This document shows, in pieces, positions 34,777-55,100 of a stretch of 64,000 bases of DNA. The notes beneath the pieces are model-generated. The model was not told where the DNA came from and made no database searches. It was given only the letters and a program-made list of their open reading frames with translations. Positions within the stretch are counted from its first letter, which is position 1, and every line of letters begins with the position of its first letter. The DNA is from the human T2T-CHM13v2.0 reference genome, Homo sapiens, in the NCBI RefSeq assembly GCF_009914755.1, contig NC_060940.1. One strand, written 5' to 3'. The translations under genes and the position numbers were made by a program.

Positions 34777-35693
34777 TGAGCAGGATGGGCGCCCCGCAGG
34801 GAGGCCGCCCCGCATGGAGGCCACTCTGGAGCCTGGGAACCCTGTTCCTGCAGAGACACATCCTCCAGGCCCAGGGACCTAAGATTGTCCTGGACATGGC
34901 CAGCCCTTCGCAAGACAGGCACTCCGAGAGGTGGCTGGGGCGGCAGACAGGCCCACGAGATGATGGCGGAGGGAGGAACTGACATATTTACTGCACATCT
35001 ATTGTGGGCCAGGAACTGTTAGACGGTTTCTTATTTAAATCTCACAACCCCCTGTGAGCTAGGGTTCCTATGCCCATGTCCCTGTTTCTTGGCGGAGGGA
35101 ATCGGTGATGATGGGGAACCCTCAGGGAGCCGCTGCTGTGCCCGGCAGGCACTGTGCCAAGCGCTGGGGCTCACCTGGCCTTGTTGAGTCCTCACAGCTG
35201 CCCTCTAAGATGTATCCTGGTACCATCCCATGTCACAGTTGAAGAAACTGAGGCTCAGAGAACTGCAGTGACCTGCCCAAGGTCACTGCTAGCAAGTCCA
35301 GGGCTGATGTCCAAACCCTCAGGTTTCCACCGCACCCAGCTGGCTCCCTGGGTGCCAGCCCCACCCCTCAACCTCCTGACATCCCACAGCTCTATGGATC
35401 TCCCCAGCCTCCAACCCTGCTGTGGGGACGTCTGGCCAGGTGGGGGAAGAACCGGTGAATCGTCACCACAGCCGTGGGAAGGGGAGGGACGTGGGGGCCT
35501 GTGCTGACTCTGCCACCCTCCCTCCCTGGCTCCTTGAGATCAAGAGATTAGAAGGACACGCTCTTCAGGCCAGGGGTCCAAAGGGAAATGGCTGGGTCTG
35601 GGGAAATGCAGGTCTCAATTTGATTCCTCTGCCCCACTGTGTGTGTCTGTATCCATCCGCCAGGCCCCAGGCCTGCCTGGCTGTGCCAGCTAA

Positions 35694-36486
<793 letters not shown>

Positions 36487-36659
36487 TGACCAGAGAGAGG
36501 GCCGTGGCCACAGGACCATGGCCTGTGACGAAGGACGATGAGCTAGGAAAGGTGCTGGGCTGGTGCCAAGGGACGCCAGTCCACGGAGGACGGACTGGAC
36601 AGCTGCCCTGAAGCCCTTGAAGAGGGACTAGGACTTAGCTGGATGAAGGGGTCGGGTGA

Positions 36660-37423
<764 letters not shown>

Positions 37424-37554
37424 TGAGCCTCTGCGCCTGGCCCACCGGCAGAAATTCTTTCTTGCCAACGCTGTGCCTCCATTGACTCGAAGACCAGACA
37501 TGGAAGAAGGGAAGGGGGACTGTTTCATCAATGTGCTGGGCAAAGGAGGAGGCA

Positions 37555-38560
<1,006 letters not shown>

Positions 38561-38873
38561 CACCCTGTTTCCAGGCGGGCCAGACACCGTCTCAAACCCT
38601 GCATTCTCCTGGGCGGGATGTGGCTTCTCCTCGAGAGGACTGGCCGTTCCAGCCCCTGCCCCCTGCCTGGTATCTGCTGGGAGGGCTCAGGCTGGGCGTC
38701 AGGGATCACCAGGCAGGATCACAACGGTGGCTAATATTTAATGAACCCCGACTTCGTGCCAGGCCCTGCCCCACCTCCTTCACCCTCCAACAACCTGCCA
38801 AGGAGTTTCACAAATGACCAGCTGAGTGAGGGCTGCTTGCCGGGCGGCCAGGGCAGATGGAGTCCACATCTGA

Positions 38874-39327
<454 letters not shown>

Positions 39328-39663
39328 TGACTACTATATATTACATTGAAATTGTGACGGATTTATAGCATCTTAAAGCTGAAAAGTGGTAAGTCAAACC
39401 ATCATAAATCAGGGACCTTCTGTATTAGAAATCAATTGGAAACCTGTCTGTGGCCAGATCTTGATCAGTTTGCTGTTGTCACTCATTTATTTCCCCAAAA
39501 GAACTTTCTAACTCAAAACAGACTCAAAGCCAGGTATAGTGGCTTACACCTGTAATCCCAGCACTTTGGGAAGCTGAAGCCTGAGGATCACTTGAGCCCA
39601 GAAGTTCGAGACCAACCTGGGCAACATCGTGAAACCCCGCCTTTATAAAAAATACAAAAATTA

Positions 39664-40085
<422 letters not shown>

Positions 40086-40741
40086 AAACAAAGGTGAAGG
40101 ACAGGAAGATGGGGGCATTTAGGTGCTCTGGCCCCCAGCGGGACAGCTAAACCATAAATAGCCCTGCCAGCATTTCACCTGTGTCTTACTGTGCTGAAAT
40201 CACGTCACACTCCTCTCTGGCCTAGAGTTACTTTCAAAGAGCCTTCTTTTCTTTCTTAGCCTTGAGACACTCTCCACTCAAGAAGGCAAGGAAGGCTGGG
40301 CGTAATGGTTCACGCCTGTAATTTCACCACTTTGGGAGGTCAAGGTGGGAGGATAGCTTGAGCCCAGGAGTTCAAGACTAGCCTGAGCAACATAGCGAGA
40401 CCTCCTCCCTAGGAAACATTTAAACAATTAACCGGGAGTAGTGGGGCACACCTGTAGTCCCAGCTACTCGGGAGGCTGAGTTAGGAGGATTGCTTGAGCC
40501 CAGGAGTTCAAGGCTGCGTGCGCTCCAGCCTAGGTGACAGAGCGGAGACCCTGCCTCAAGAAAAAAAAAAAAAAAGAAGCCAAGGAGGGAAGAACATTGA
40601 TTATCCCATAAAGGAATGGACCGGGGAGCCTGGGAAATGGGGTTGGTCCCACCAGAGGGAGACTGCCCAGTGCTGGGATCGGCCTGACACAGGCCCAGGG
40701 GTGGATGCCACCCACACCTGTCTCTTTTCTTTTCTGCTAAG

Positions 40742-40822
40742 CTGTGAAGGCTCCATGTCCCCCGTCACAAAGCCTGTATGACCGTGTGCACTCCAGTGCC
40801 CTATTTGGCGCCATCTGCCCCC
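40742..40822 (+). CDS. C16orf96: C16orf96 coding exon: (A)VKAPCPPSQSLYDR...GAICP
   Basis: Long pyrimidine tract + AAG acceptor, C|GTGAGT donor, 81 bp, phase 1-1. Confidence 0.85.
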
Positions 40823-41535
40823 GTGAGTACCTGGTTCCCAGCCCCAGCCCAGCTGTGATTCTGGAAGGGTCTCCAGTCCCTCCTCGTCTCATCCCATCCC
40901 CCACACCCCGCCTGGGCTCTCCTGTCCACCTCCTCCACCTCCTGCCTGCTTTGCCTGCCTATGGCACTTCAGAGATGATTCCTGGCCCCGGTGCCATCCC
41001 CGGTGCCCAGGCCAAGCATCTGTCCCCAGCGTCCACCCAGCTGCAGGGGCGGCAACAAGGGAACTGAGGTTGGAAGGAACTGAGCTTCTCTGGTTCGGAT
41101 CACCACGTAGCAGGCACCTGAGGGTACTTTACAGTTTACAAGGCAGTTTCTCCCTTATCTCATCAGAACCTCATCCTGACTCCTGTGAGGCAGGCACTGT
41201 TTGCCCATTTCACAGAGGAGGGAGCAGAGGCTCGGTCACTTTGAGCTGTGGCCCAAGATCACAGAGCTAGTGAGCTGGGAGCTGAGCCCAGATCCGTGGA
41301 CTCCAAGCTTCATGTTCTCTCCCGGGGGCTCTGCTCCATTTAAGCAAACATTCCTGGTGTCATTTATCTTGGGTCACCCACCCAGGACATTTAGGGTGCC
41401 CAGGGCCCAGGTGAGGTATGGCGCCCAGCCGGCCATGGCCTGTACAGCACTTCTAGTCCTGGGCTTCTCTTCTCTTTAGTGGGGATGGCCCCATCAGGCT
41501 AGTGTCTCCCAAGAAGGTTCTTGGCACACATCTAG

Positions 41536-41775
<240 letters not shown>

Positions 41776-41801
41776 GCCCCACCCCGCTGCGCCCCCCATC
41801 G

Positions 41802-42025
41802 CCAAGTCCCCTCCACGTCCGAGGCTGAGGCCCATGTGGCCCTCCCACTCCCACCAAGTCCCCTCCACATCGGAGGCTGAGGCCTATGTGGCCCCCCACC
41901 CCCACCCCCACCAAGTCCCCTCCATGTCCGAGGCTGAGGCTCATGCGCCCCCCCCCACCCCTACCAAGTCCCCTCCACGTCCGAGGCTGAGACCCATATG
42001 CCCCCCCCACCCCCACCAAGTCCCG
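41802..42025 (+). repeat. 52-57 bp minisatellite (4 copies plus a partial) in C16orf96 3' UTR
   Basis: ccaagtcccctccaYRtcSgaggctgagRc core at 41802, 41854, 41911, 41964 and partial at 42016. Confidence 0.92.
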
Positions 42026-42146
42026 TCCCCGGCTGAGACCCAGGGCCCTGAGCCTGGCCCAGAAAGGGTGCTGGGGCCCTGGATAGAGGGGAGGGGTCTG
42101 TGTAGGGGACCCCCATGCTGACCCAGTGGCTGTTTTATCCTGTGCA

Positions 42147-42197
42147 TATAAATACAAACAGCACAGTGCACATTCTCATTCTACATTGTCATATAAA
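42147..42197 (+). terminator. C16orf96: Candidate non-canonical polyadenylation signals of C16orf96 (TATAAA/AATACA, second TATAAA)
   Basis: Variant hexamers at 42147-42156 and 42192-42197; no AATAAA seen nearby. Confidence 0.45.
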
Positions 42198-44603
42198 CAC
42201 AGCTTTCTAGAGTGAATTTTCCAACAAGCCAATTTAATTCCTTGATCCATTTTCAATACAACACCAAGTGGTTTTAAAAAACACTTTTCCAGCCGGGCAC
42301 AGTGGCTCACGCCTATAATCTCAACACTCTGGGAGGCCGAGGTGGGCGGATCACCTGAGGTCAGGAGTTTGAGACCAGCCTGGCCAACATGGTGAAACCC
42401 CATCTCTATTAAAAATACAAAAATTAGCCGGGCGTGGTGGTGGGCACCTGTAATTTCAGCCACTTTGGAGGCTGAGACAGGAGAATCACTTGAATCCAGG
42501 AGGTGGAGGTTTCAGTGAGCCGAGATGGCACCACTGCATTCCAGCCTGGGCAACAAAGAGCGAAACTCACTCTCAAAAACAAAAAACAAAACAAAACAAA
42601 AAACACTTTTCCTTTTTATTTGCTGAAATGATTTCATTAGAATCACTTCCAATTACAGTTCCTGGCACTGTGCCTTTCATTTGGGGGCCATTATTTCCAA
42701 GACCAGTTCCCCACGGGAACCAGACTGGGCTGTGTGCATCCTTTTTATTTCATGTTCTTTCTACCAGTAACTAGTTATTAATTTTTTTAAACAAAATCTG
42801 ATTGTTTATATTTGCCTCTTGGCTGATCCATGAGGAGGCTGGTGCGGCGCCCGTGGGATATTCTGGGATGGCCATCCCTTCCAGGGCCAGGTGCCACTTG
42901 CCTGTTTCAAGCCTTTCTGGTTCCTGTGCTCACCACCGATGCGTTTGGTGGAAAAAGAGCCAACTGTGAGGTCACACGGTCTTGCTGCGGCAATTCAGGG
43001 ATTGGCCTTGGCACGCAGAGCAGAGGGCTCCCCCAGGCCCCCCTCCCAACAATGCTCCTGGCCTCATTTCTTCCCCTTCTGACAGTTTGCCTGTCTCTCC
43101 CTTCAATTTCCTCCCTTTCAATCCTCCTCCCTCTTTCCTTTCTCGCCCCTAACGCTGTCTCGTTTTGCTCTCTCCTTCTGTACTATTGACGGTTCTATCC
43201 CATCTCGGAGACTAAAACAATGTCCCTGTGCAGGGGTGAAGCCTGACCCGCCGCCATAGTCCCCAGTGTCCACTGGATCCCTGGGGTGGTGCTGGGGAGT
43301 TGAGGGGCTGGTGGGGAGCTGCCAGGAGGGAGCTGGAGGGGGGCTCCCCTTTCACTTCCCTTTGGCTGCCTAGGGGGGTACTTTGGGCTCCAGTCTCTCC
43401 CCCGGCCCCGGTGGCCATCGGAGTCTGGGGACACTGCATGCCTACTCTGTTCCTATTGTCCTCAAGGTCCCTGGCCCAGCTCACTGCGACCCACGCCCCC
43501 CACCCTGGCTGCTCTTTTCTTTCTCCAAAGACTGTGTCCAAATGAGGCCAAGCCCCTCTTGACCTGGGTGACACCTATCCAAGCTGCCTTGGGGGTGCTG
43601 TCTGGTGTAGCCCTGGCCCCCACCCCGACCCCTATACCACAGATGAGTATTTTGGGCAATTTCTGCCCAGAACAAAATCTTCCACATTTCTGACCGTGGA
43701 TGAGGGGACTGGCGGAGTGCCTTCTGTGTGGGGAGGTGGGACTTGCTGGTCCCTCCTCCAGCCACCACCCGAGGCTCAGCCCGTGGGCAGGAGAGAAGGC
43801 ACCCAGGGTCACAGAGAGAGAGGCCCCAACTTGCCGGCCCCCACCAGGAGGCTGAACCTGCTGGGTCCTGTGACTTCCACCCCCTCCCACTGCAGTGAGG
43901 CGTGGCCCCCGCTCTGCTGAGCTGGGAGGGGAGGGCTCCTGGGGGACACCAGGCCAGGCCATCTTGACACGTGACACCCAGGGCATCCCCCGGTCCCGCA
44001 CAGCTGGGCCCCCCTCTCCCTAGTGCCCCTCACTGCCTGTCCCCACTGGGCCCCTCCAGAGCACCATCCCAGCCCCTTTCTTGGGTGTACAAGCCAGGGC
44101 TGGAGTGAGTTTCTGCAGCCCAGCAGGTGAGGAGCGAGGCCTGGGGGCATCTCCTCTGCATCCTCACGGGCCACCTGGGGGCTTGGGAAGGTGGGGACTC
44201 CGGCCCCACAGCAGGCCCGTGAGGAGCAGTCCCGGAAGAAGGCAGTGCCCAAGGGAGGGTGTGGGGAGGCTGGCCTTGGCCTGGGTCCCAGGTGGGAGCT
44301 GCAGGCAGAATCTCCCCTAACCCACACTAGTGCAGAGGGGTGGCGCCTGCAGGCCTTGGAAGCTGGGAGGGGGAGCTGCGCTACTCCCTAGGCAGCAGCT
44401 GTGGCTTGGTTGGGCATAGCGGCTCATACCTGTAAGCCCAGCACTTTTGGAGGGAGAGGCTAGAGGACTGCTTGAATCCAGGATTTCCAGACCAGCCAGG
44501 GCAACAGTGAGACCCGTCTCTACAAAAAAATAAATAGCTATGCGTGGTAGTGCATGTGTGTGGTCCCAGCTAGTTGGGAGGCTGAGGCGGGAGGATCAAT
44601 TTA

Positions 44604-45586
<983 letters not shown>

Positions 45587-47134
45587 TCACCAGCAGGCTC
45601 CCCGGTGCCTAGTGCTGTGCCACTGACAAGTCCTTGGTCATCCTGGAAGGGGCCCCCAATTCCTGCCCTCCCTAAAAGGACTCGGTAGCCCCTCACCTCC
45701 AAAACAGCCGTGTTCTTTTAAGGCTCTGTTGAAATACATCCGTTGTCCAAATATGAGCAGTGCTCAAAAACCCAGAGAACTTTCCAAACGCAGGAATTAG
45801 AAGTAGCCTTGTGTCAAAAGAACTCCATTCCGGCCAACCTAGGAGGTCTCCCGTATTCGGGGAAGAAGACCGGAGTCAAAGGACTCATCTGTCCTGTGCC
45901 AGGGACTGCTGTGAAAGCCCCTCAGAGACCTCCAGGGCCACAGCAGCCCCACCCAGCCCCGCAGTCAGCCTCGGAGACAGCCTGGTTCCCTGTGGCTGAC
46001 CGCAGGGTGTTCTCAGAGAACCCTGGCTGGACCGCTGCAAAGACCCTGGGGACACTCAGCAGCCCCTGGTGAGTCCCTCTCGACCGAGAGCATCTTGCAG
46101 AACAAGCCGTCTGTTTTCACGGCCGTTTCCAGGGGGAGCCCTGCCCACCGCCGTTCATCCTACCCCACTGGACAGGGCATTTACTTCTGAAGCTCCCCGT
46201 GGTGAAAAGACAGACCCCCTCCAGGGATTCCAGCCGATTCCCACGCAGGAGTTGGACTCGTGCATGGCTGTGGTGGCGTAGAGCAGGCTGGCAGGGGCAG
46301 GCCACGCCGTGTCCCCAGTGCCATGGTCAGTTTCAGCCAGTTATGGCCTTAAGGGAATTTGCACCAAATCTTCCAGTTTCCAAGATAAGTCGGAAGTGAG
46401 GCTTTTCCCATAAACTCTCCTGATTTTTTTTCTTGAGACGGAGTTTCGCTCGTTGCCCAGGCTGGAGTGTAGTGGTGCCATCTCGGTTCACCGCAACCTC
46501 TGCCTCCTGGGTTCAAGCGATTCTCCTGCCTCAGCCTCCTGAGTAGCTGGGATTACAGGCATGCACCACCACACCCAGCTAAGTTTTTGTATTTAGCAGA
46601 GATGGAGTTTCACCATGTTGGTAGGGCTGCTCTTGATCCCCTGACCTCAGGTGATCCACCCACCTCGGCCTCCCAAAGGGCTGGGATTACAGGTGTGAGC
46701 CACCGTGTCTGGCCTCCGGTTGGTTTTGCTTTCGATTTTCCAGGCTTAGAGAAGTCATGGGAGGCTCCAGGTTCTTTGTGTCACATTCAAGGTCTGGGGC
46801 ATGTGGTGATTTCGTAGGCCCACCTCTGGCTCCCCTAGAGTTAGTCCTAGCCCACGTGCACAGCCCCCTTCTTTTTGTAAGATGCCCCTGCGACCAAGGG
46901 CTCCAAGCACACCTGGTAGGGCCTCTGCATCTGCCGGAAAACACCTGCACTGCCAGCCCCAGCCCCAGCCCTGCCCTCCCCAAGGCTCCCAGACTGCTCC
47001 CACTGGGAGTGGTTCCCACCTGGCCTGGGGCACTTATTAAAAATCAGATCTGGGGCTGGGTGAGGTGGTTCACGCCTGTAATCCCAGCACTTTTGGAGGC
47101 CAAGCCAAGAGGATCACTTGAGGCCAGGAGTTCA

Positions 47135-47332
<198 letters not shown>

Positions 47333-47523
47333 CTATCTCTAAAACACAAATCAGATTCTTTGACCCTCCTCCAGAACAACTGCCTCAAGGGAGAGGCCGG
47401 GAACGTGGGTGTTCAGCAAGCACCCAGGGGACGCTTGTGCTCTGGAAGTCCGGGGATCGAGTCTGCAGGCTCCCACTCACGATGTGGGGGGCATGACTAG
47501 ATGGCATGTAAAAATATATGTGA

Positions 47524-47777
<254 letters not shown>

Positions 47778-50700
47778 TGACCTCATGATCCCCCCGCTGC
47801 ACCCTCCCAAAGTGCTAGGATTACAGGCGTGAGCCACCTGCCCAGCCTGTTTTATTTTCAATAACAGCCTTGAGGTATAATTGACACACCAGAACGTCCA
47901 CATTTCTAAAGCATGCCATTGAGTGGCTTTTGGTACAGTCACAGATCAATCACCATCATCTACCCAGGGAGCTTCCACGATTGTACGTCAGGGCCTCGGC
48001 CTCGGCCTCGGCCCAGAGAGTCTGATGGCATGAGGCCAACGAACCTGTGGTTTGCCAGTTTTATTTTACCTGCTGTGCAGCCAGGTATGAGAGCCACAGA
48101 ACTAGCACAGAGGCACTCCACTGGGACCATGGTGGCCTGTAGGAGACATGAGCACTGGCTGCAAACACTTCCGATTGTCCTAATAAGGGGGCTGCCCTTG
48201 GATTCAGTGGGGAGGGCTCAGGGATACTGCTCAGCACCACTGCAGGACAATAACACAGCCCTCAATGTCAACAGTGACCACGCTGAAAAAGCCAGCCCTG
48301 CAGGAACCTCAAGTCTCTCCCGTCCTTAATGTGACCACTTGAGACCCCCAGGCCCAGCCCACAGTGGCCCCCAGAAACAGAAATGAGGGTGGTGGGACAG
48401 TTTCCCCGGTATTAGTGACGATGTAGGGATGAAGTGTAGGGACAATTCCTAAACTTTGATGTCTATCTGGAACCAGGGGCTCCTGTTCAATCAGTTTCTG
48501 ATTCGGGGAGTCTGGGCTGCAGCCTCACTCTAACAAGCTCCTGGCTGATGCTGGGGTCCGAACCATGCCTTGAATAGTGAGGGTGTGGTTCACTACAGGC
48601 CACCCCAGGGCTCATGGTGTTTAATAAATGGAACTCCCCGCGGGGCGCGGTGGCTCACTCCTGTAATCTCAGCACTTTGGGAGGCCAAGGCAGGTGGATC
48701 ACTTGAGGTCAGGAGTTCAAGACCAGCCTGGCCAACATGGTGAAACCCCGTGTCTACTAAAAATACAAAAACTAGCCAGGCGTGGTGGAGGGTGCCTGCA
48801 GTCCCACCTACCAGGGAGGCTGAGCCAAGAGAATCACTTGAACCTGGGGGGCAGAGGTTGCAGTGAGCTGAGATGGCACCACTTCACTCCAGCCTGGGTG
48901 ACTGAGTAAGACTCCGTCTCAAAAAACAAAAACAAAAACACAGCACTCACGAGCCTCACACTGTGCAGAGTCCTGGACAGCGCTGCCTCATGCATGGCGG
49001 GCACGTGCAGCTACCTCAGCATGTGAGGTGGGAGAGTCCAGGGGCACTCACCCCACTTTGCAGATTACCCCAAAACACTTCTCCCTGCAAAGCATGTTTC
49101 CCACCACTGGAAGGCGGCTATGGCAGTTTCCTGAGAATTTTTTTTCCATATCAAAGAATCGAGGAGCTGCAAAGTAAAGACTCAGGAGGCCAGATATGTC
49201 CCCCCCTCTCCTCCTGCCACGTTCTCTCCCTCCCCTGCTACCCAGGCACCCCAGGCGGATGCAGGGGGCTAGCTGGCCGGCCAGGATCACCCGTCCTGTG
49301 GGCTCCGAAAGGCTATTACAAAGGCAGATTCCTGGGAGGGCCCATTCCTGGGAAGCAAGTGCGGCTTGAGCGGAGGTCACAGCAGCCAGTCGCCAGTGCC
49401 AAGCAGCCAGTGAGCAGCTGTCCCAGTTGGGCTCTGTCAACACAGCCTCTGCAGGTTCCAACCAGGAGATGAAGCCAGGCACTGGTGTGGCAAGAGCACC
49501 GAGGCACGCTTCCTGAGAGGCACAGTCACATCCCTGGGAGCCAGGAAGGGTCAGTGGGGAGTGTCGGACGCCAGGGGAGCACGGGACTTTCAGAAAGAGA
49601 AGATGCTCTTCCACCCAGCCGGCAGGGCCTCCGCCAGGGGCTGGTGCTATCTTAGACAGAGTGGGTGTTGCCCTTGAGGAGCTGTGAGCTGAGTCCCGTG
49701 GGGGTGTTGCAGAGGCCCCAGTCTCCCTTCTGCCCCAAGTCCAAGCCCACTCTTGGGGAGCTGTGAGGCTGAGGGTGCATTCTCCCAAAGCTGCTCCAGC
49801 TCATCCCAGGCAGCCTCGGGTTGCCAGTCTCCTAAGTGACCCAACATCTGTGCCCCCTTTGCTGGCAGCACTCCGCCCCATCCTTGTCCCCTGCCTCGTC
49901 CTCTGCCCCTTGCAAGCTTCCCTGGCTCTGTCTGCCCTCTGCCCAGAGGCCCTGCCCTACCCAGTGTGTGCTGGAGGCCGGGCTCAGAGGGTCCAGCCTG
50001 TGCCCAGCCACTGGAGCCGAGACCGAGAAAAGTCCTGAGATGAAACCCAGGACAACAGAAGGCAGGTGTGAGCCCTGCGAACTCCTAACTGGGCGCCGGG
50101 ATCTGTCCAGCCAAGCAGGGGCAGGGGTGGGCCGACAGGATGGGGACCCAGGCCAGGAACTAACTTCACAGGAAAAGCCCTGGGTGGGCAGGAAGATTCC
50201 AGAGCACGCTGTGGCTGACAAGGGCTACAGGCAGCAGTGTGGAGCCGGGGAGGCTCGGGGTGGCCCTGTCTTCTGGGCGGCGGCCCCCAGAACCAGCTGG
50301 CAGCAAGCCTCGTATACAAGGTAAGACCACAGAGCCTGGCAGTGGTTTGGAATTCGTTCTTCTCTTTTGTTAAAAGGGGGAAAGGAAGTGGATGCGGGTA
50401 CCCCCAGGTGCAGGGGAGGCATGCAGGCAGCCCCAGCAGGCAGGCGCTGGGAGGCGGTGGGAAGAGTCCTGGAGTTTCCCACAATCCTTTTCTCTGCAAG
50501 GAACAGCAACGCTGGCTGACGAGGGGGTGGGGAGGAGGCAGGGCCCTGGGGAGGGGGCGGCGGGCAGGGGGCTGGGGGCTCACACTAACATGCAAAGTCC
50601 AGCTGCCCCAGGAACTAGGTTGCTTCTGAAGAGCGACACACGTAGAAATACACAGACACGGCCACGCGCACACATGCGGAGAGGCTCTGCATTCCCTAGG

Positions 50701-51091
50701 GTGGGGGTCGAGGCCTGCCGGCCCCCAAGGAGCTCCAAGCCAGGGATCAGCAATGTCTCCGCCAGGGTGGTCCTCCACGGCACCCCTGGGCTGGGCTGGG
50801 CAGGTGCGTCTTCGAAGGAAGGCTGCGTGGTCTCTGAAGTTCTGTCCGCCAGGCACCCAGGCCGCTCTGAACCACTCCATGTGCCGGGGCCGCTGGGGCC
50901 ATGACCTTGCGTGTGGGCAGCTGCGTGTTCTGGCACCAGACGTGTCCCTGCCTGGCTAGAGTCCGCGCTCTCCCCTCCAGGGCTCCGGGGAACAAGGGGT
51001 GCAGACAGAAAAGGGGTGAAGGGGGCCCGCAGAGACGTCCTCTCCCCCGCCCCACGGGGTCCTGGCCTCCGGGAGGGGGGAGGGGCCTCCC

Positions 51092-52179
<1,088 letters not shown>

Positions 52180-55100
52180 TCACTGCTGTCTAAGGAGGAG
52201 CCACGGAACCTTGGGCAGTTGGGGTGGGTGGAGAAGACCCTTCCCCTGCTGCTCGCCACCTGCCTCAGTGCCTAAGGCCTGCAGAGCCCTCCCCCTGCAC
52301 CAGCTGGCACCAGCACCATGACTGGGGGAGGGCGGGCAGTACACCCCATCCTGGGGGAAAGGCGCCCGGCCCCAGGTAGCCCAACCAGACCTCCCCACCC
52401 TGCCCCGTTTCAGGAGATTCTAGCCTGGCTGTTACCACCTCAACGGGTAGCAAGTCTCTACTCTTCTCTAAGCCTCGGTCTCCTCATCTGCGAAGCAAAA
52501 GCATCCTGAAGGAGTCTGAGCCTGGTGGTGGGGATCCCCTGCTGCCCCACCCAGCTCTGCTTCTGGCTGATCAAGGGGGCCACTGTTTGGGCCTTGGTTT
52601 CTCCATCTGTACCACAAAGAGGTTCGACTAGGTGGCTCCTGGGTCCCCTCCCTTGCAACAGTGACCTCCTAAGATCACCAGATTCCAGCAAGCAGGGCCT
52701 GGCACCAAGGAGACAAGCCTGGGCTTTAGGCTCACTCGCTTCCCCACCTGAGCCTCCCTCGGAACAGTGCCCGGGAAGTGGAGCAGAAAGACGGCCCTAG
52801 GATCAAAGCCACCACGGGTTTACGACAGCTCCCAGCACAGCTCCCCAGCCACCCGCCCTTGGCTGGCACCACGCTAGGCACGGGATGCTCCACCGTCTCC
52901 CTCCACACCCGGGCCGCATGCCACACTGAGCACGGTGCGGGCACCCAGCAGGGCTCCATCCCAGCGGGGCCGTGGACTGTCATCATTAACCCCACAGGCA
53001 GGGACTGCTGTCTTACAGGCAGGGAAATGAAGGTAGGAAGTGACTTGCTCAGGGTCAGCTGGTCGGCAGAAGACAGAGATGGGGGCGCTCAGAAAGGCCA
53101 GGACAGGTGGGGGAGACAGAGCGAGCCTGGAGCCCTTTCCTGTGTGTGTCAGCTCAGCAGGCTCCAGAGGTCCTTGGTGACTGGGAACTGAGGAGCCCCA
53201 GAGGGAGGCGCTGGGATTTGCTATGTCCTGGCTGAGGCCCTGCAGGGGTGGGGAGGCCTGTCCCAGGAAACGGAGGCTGCTCTTGCGCAAGGGCCAGTGA
53301 GGGAGCCCCACAAGTATGTGAGGGGTTCTCGGGGCCCTGCCAAGTCCCAGGCCCAGACTTGGAGCTTCAAGCCGCCGAGGTGCCCCTACCGCCACCCCTC
53401 AGGCCCACTCCCCTAATGCCAGCTTGACTTCCTGGCCCTCCCAGGCCCAGCACACCCAGAAATCCAGCCTGGCTCCTGGGGCCTGCCCTCGATCAGGGGG
53501 TATGGGTGGGAGGCTATTTAGATTTTTTTTTTTTTTTTTTTGAGACGGAGTCTCGCTCTGTCACCAGGCTGGAGTGCAGTGGCGTTATCTGGGCTCACTG
53601 CAACCTTTGCCTTCTAGTTCAAGTGATTCTCCTGCCTCAGCCTCCCGAGTAGCTGGGACTACAGGCACGTGCCACCACACCTGGCTAACTTTTGTATTTT
53701 TAGTAGAGATGGGGTTTCACCATGTTGGCCAGGATGGTCTTGATCTCTTGACCTCATGATCCGCCCACCTTGGCCTCCCAAAGTGCTGGGATTACAGGCA
53801 TGAACCACCGTGCCCGGCAAAAAATATTTTTTAAATAAATGAATTATGTGGGGAATTTCCTGCAGGAGACACCCTATCTGGGTGTCCCTAAACAGGGGTG
53901 TGGGAGCTCAGGCATGGGGGCCGGGCTTTAAGCACCTTCCCAGACCCCAAGACCCTCTGTCAGCAGCAGCTGTGCCCCAAAGCCCAGGCTCACTGTGTAA
54001 ATCCCAACCCCAGGAGCCCCAGGCCACACCAGACCCCCTCTGCAGGCCGCTGTGAGCATTCTCCATTGAGAAACATCTGCCCCACTAGACACCGGCCCCT
54101 CCCCCTGCAGCCTCCTGCCCCCATTAGCACCTGAATTGCAGCAAATGTGACCCAGAAACACCGCCTGGTGGATGCAGCCAGCGGGTGGAGCGTGGAGAGG
54201 GATGGGGTGGCCATGTGAACCCCTCACTCAGCCCCATTCCAAGGCCTGAAGTCCCGTCACCTTCCTCCAGCCTCCCTGGCGGCCCCCACTTTACAGATGG
54301 CACAACTGAGACTTGGGAGTGGAGGGCACAGGGCTCCTCCCATGGGGACCCTGGGAGCCACCAGAGGCCCCAGATGCTCCTGCCCCTCTGGGAACAGTCT
54401 TTCCCCAGACATTGCACTCCTCAAAGCTGCATTTTCAATTAACTGTGCCGCTGAGGGATGTGGCCTGGGTGCCAGGTTTTGAGGGCTGGGCTGAGTCCTG
54501 CAGGCAGGGCCCGCTTCCCACCGGACACCTACCTGCCCAGCCCCAGGCAGGGAGGGAACCCTGCGTGCAGATGTGTGACTGCCATGAATGCGGTTTTGCA
54601 AGTTTTGCCACATCCAGCCCCTGACACAAACAGGGCTGATGAGGGCTGTGGAGACCAGGAGGGAAGCAGGGAGCTTCCTCCGGGTGGGGCTGCCTTGGGG
54701 CACAGGGGGCAGTAAGCTGGCCAACAGAAGCTGACTCATGCCCCCCAACCCCACCATACAGATGTGGAAACTAAGGCCAGAGGGACAGAGCAGCCTCCCA
54801 CGTCCTGGGGTGAACACCACACAGGATCAGTGGCCTCCGCGACGGCTGGTAGGAGGGAAGTAGGCAAGGAGAGAGGGATGTACTCATCTGGATGGGATGG
54901 CCACTGCCTTCCCAGACTGTCCCAAGCTTGGGACATTCTGATCCCCCTGCAGTCCCCAGGAAGCGGAGCCTCAGAGTCCTCTGGCTTCTAGTCCCTCCTG
55001 CAGGCCCTGGGATGGCTCCTCATGGAGAAACCAGGTTCCCAGTCCCCGGCTGGGCACAGATGGTACCGGGATGGCTGAGGCCATGACCCTACCCCTGTGA

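Noticed and set aside
41802-42025. Repeat-spacer pattern resembling a CRISPR array
   Set aside because: Spacers are related oligo-C runs, repeats are degenerate, no cas genes, human 3' UTR context
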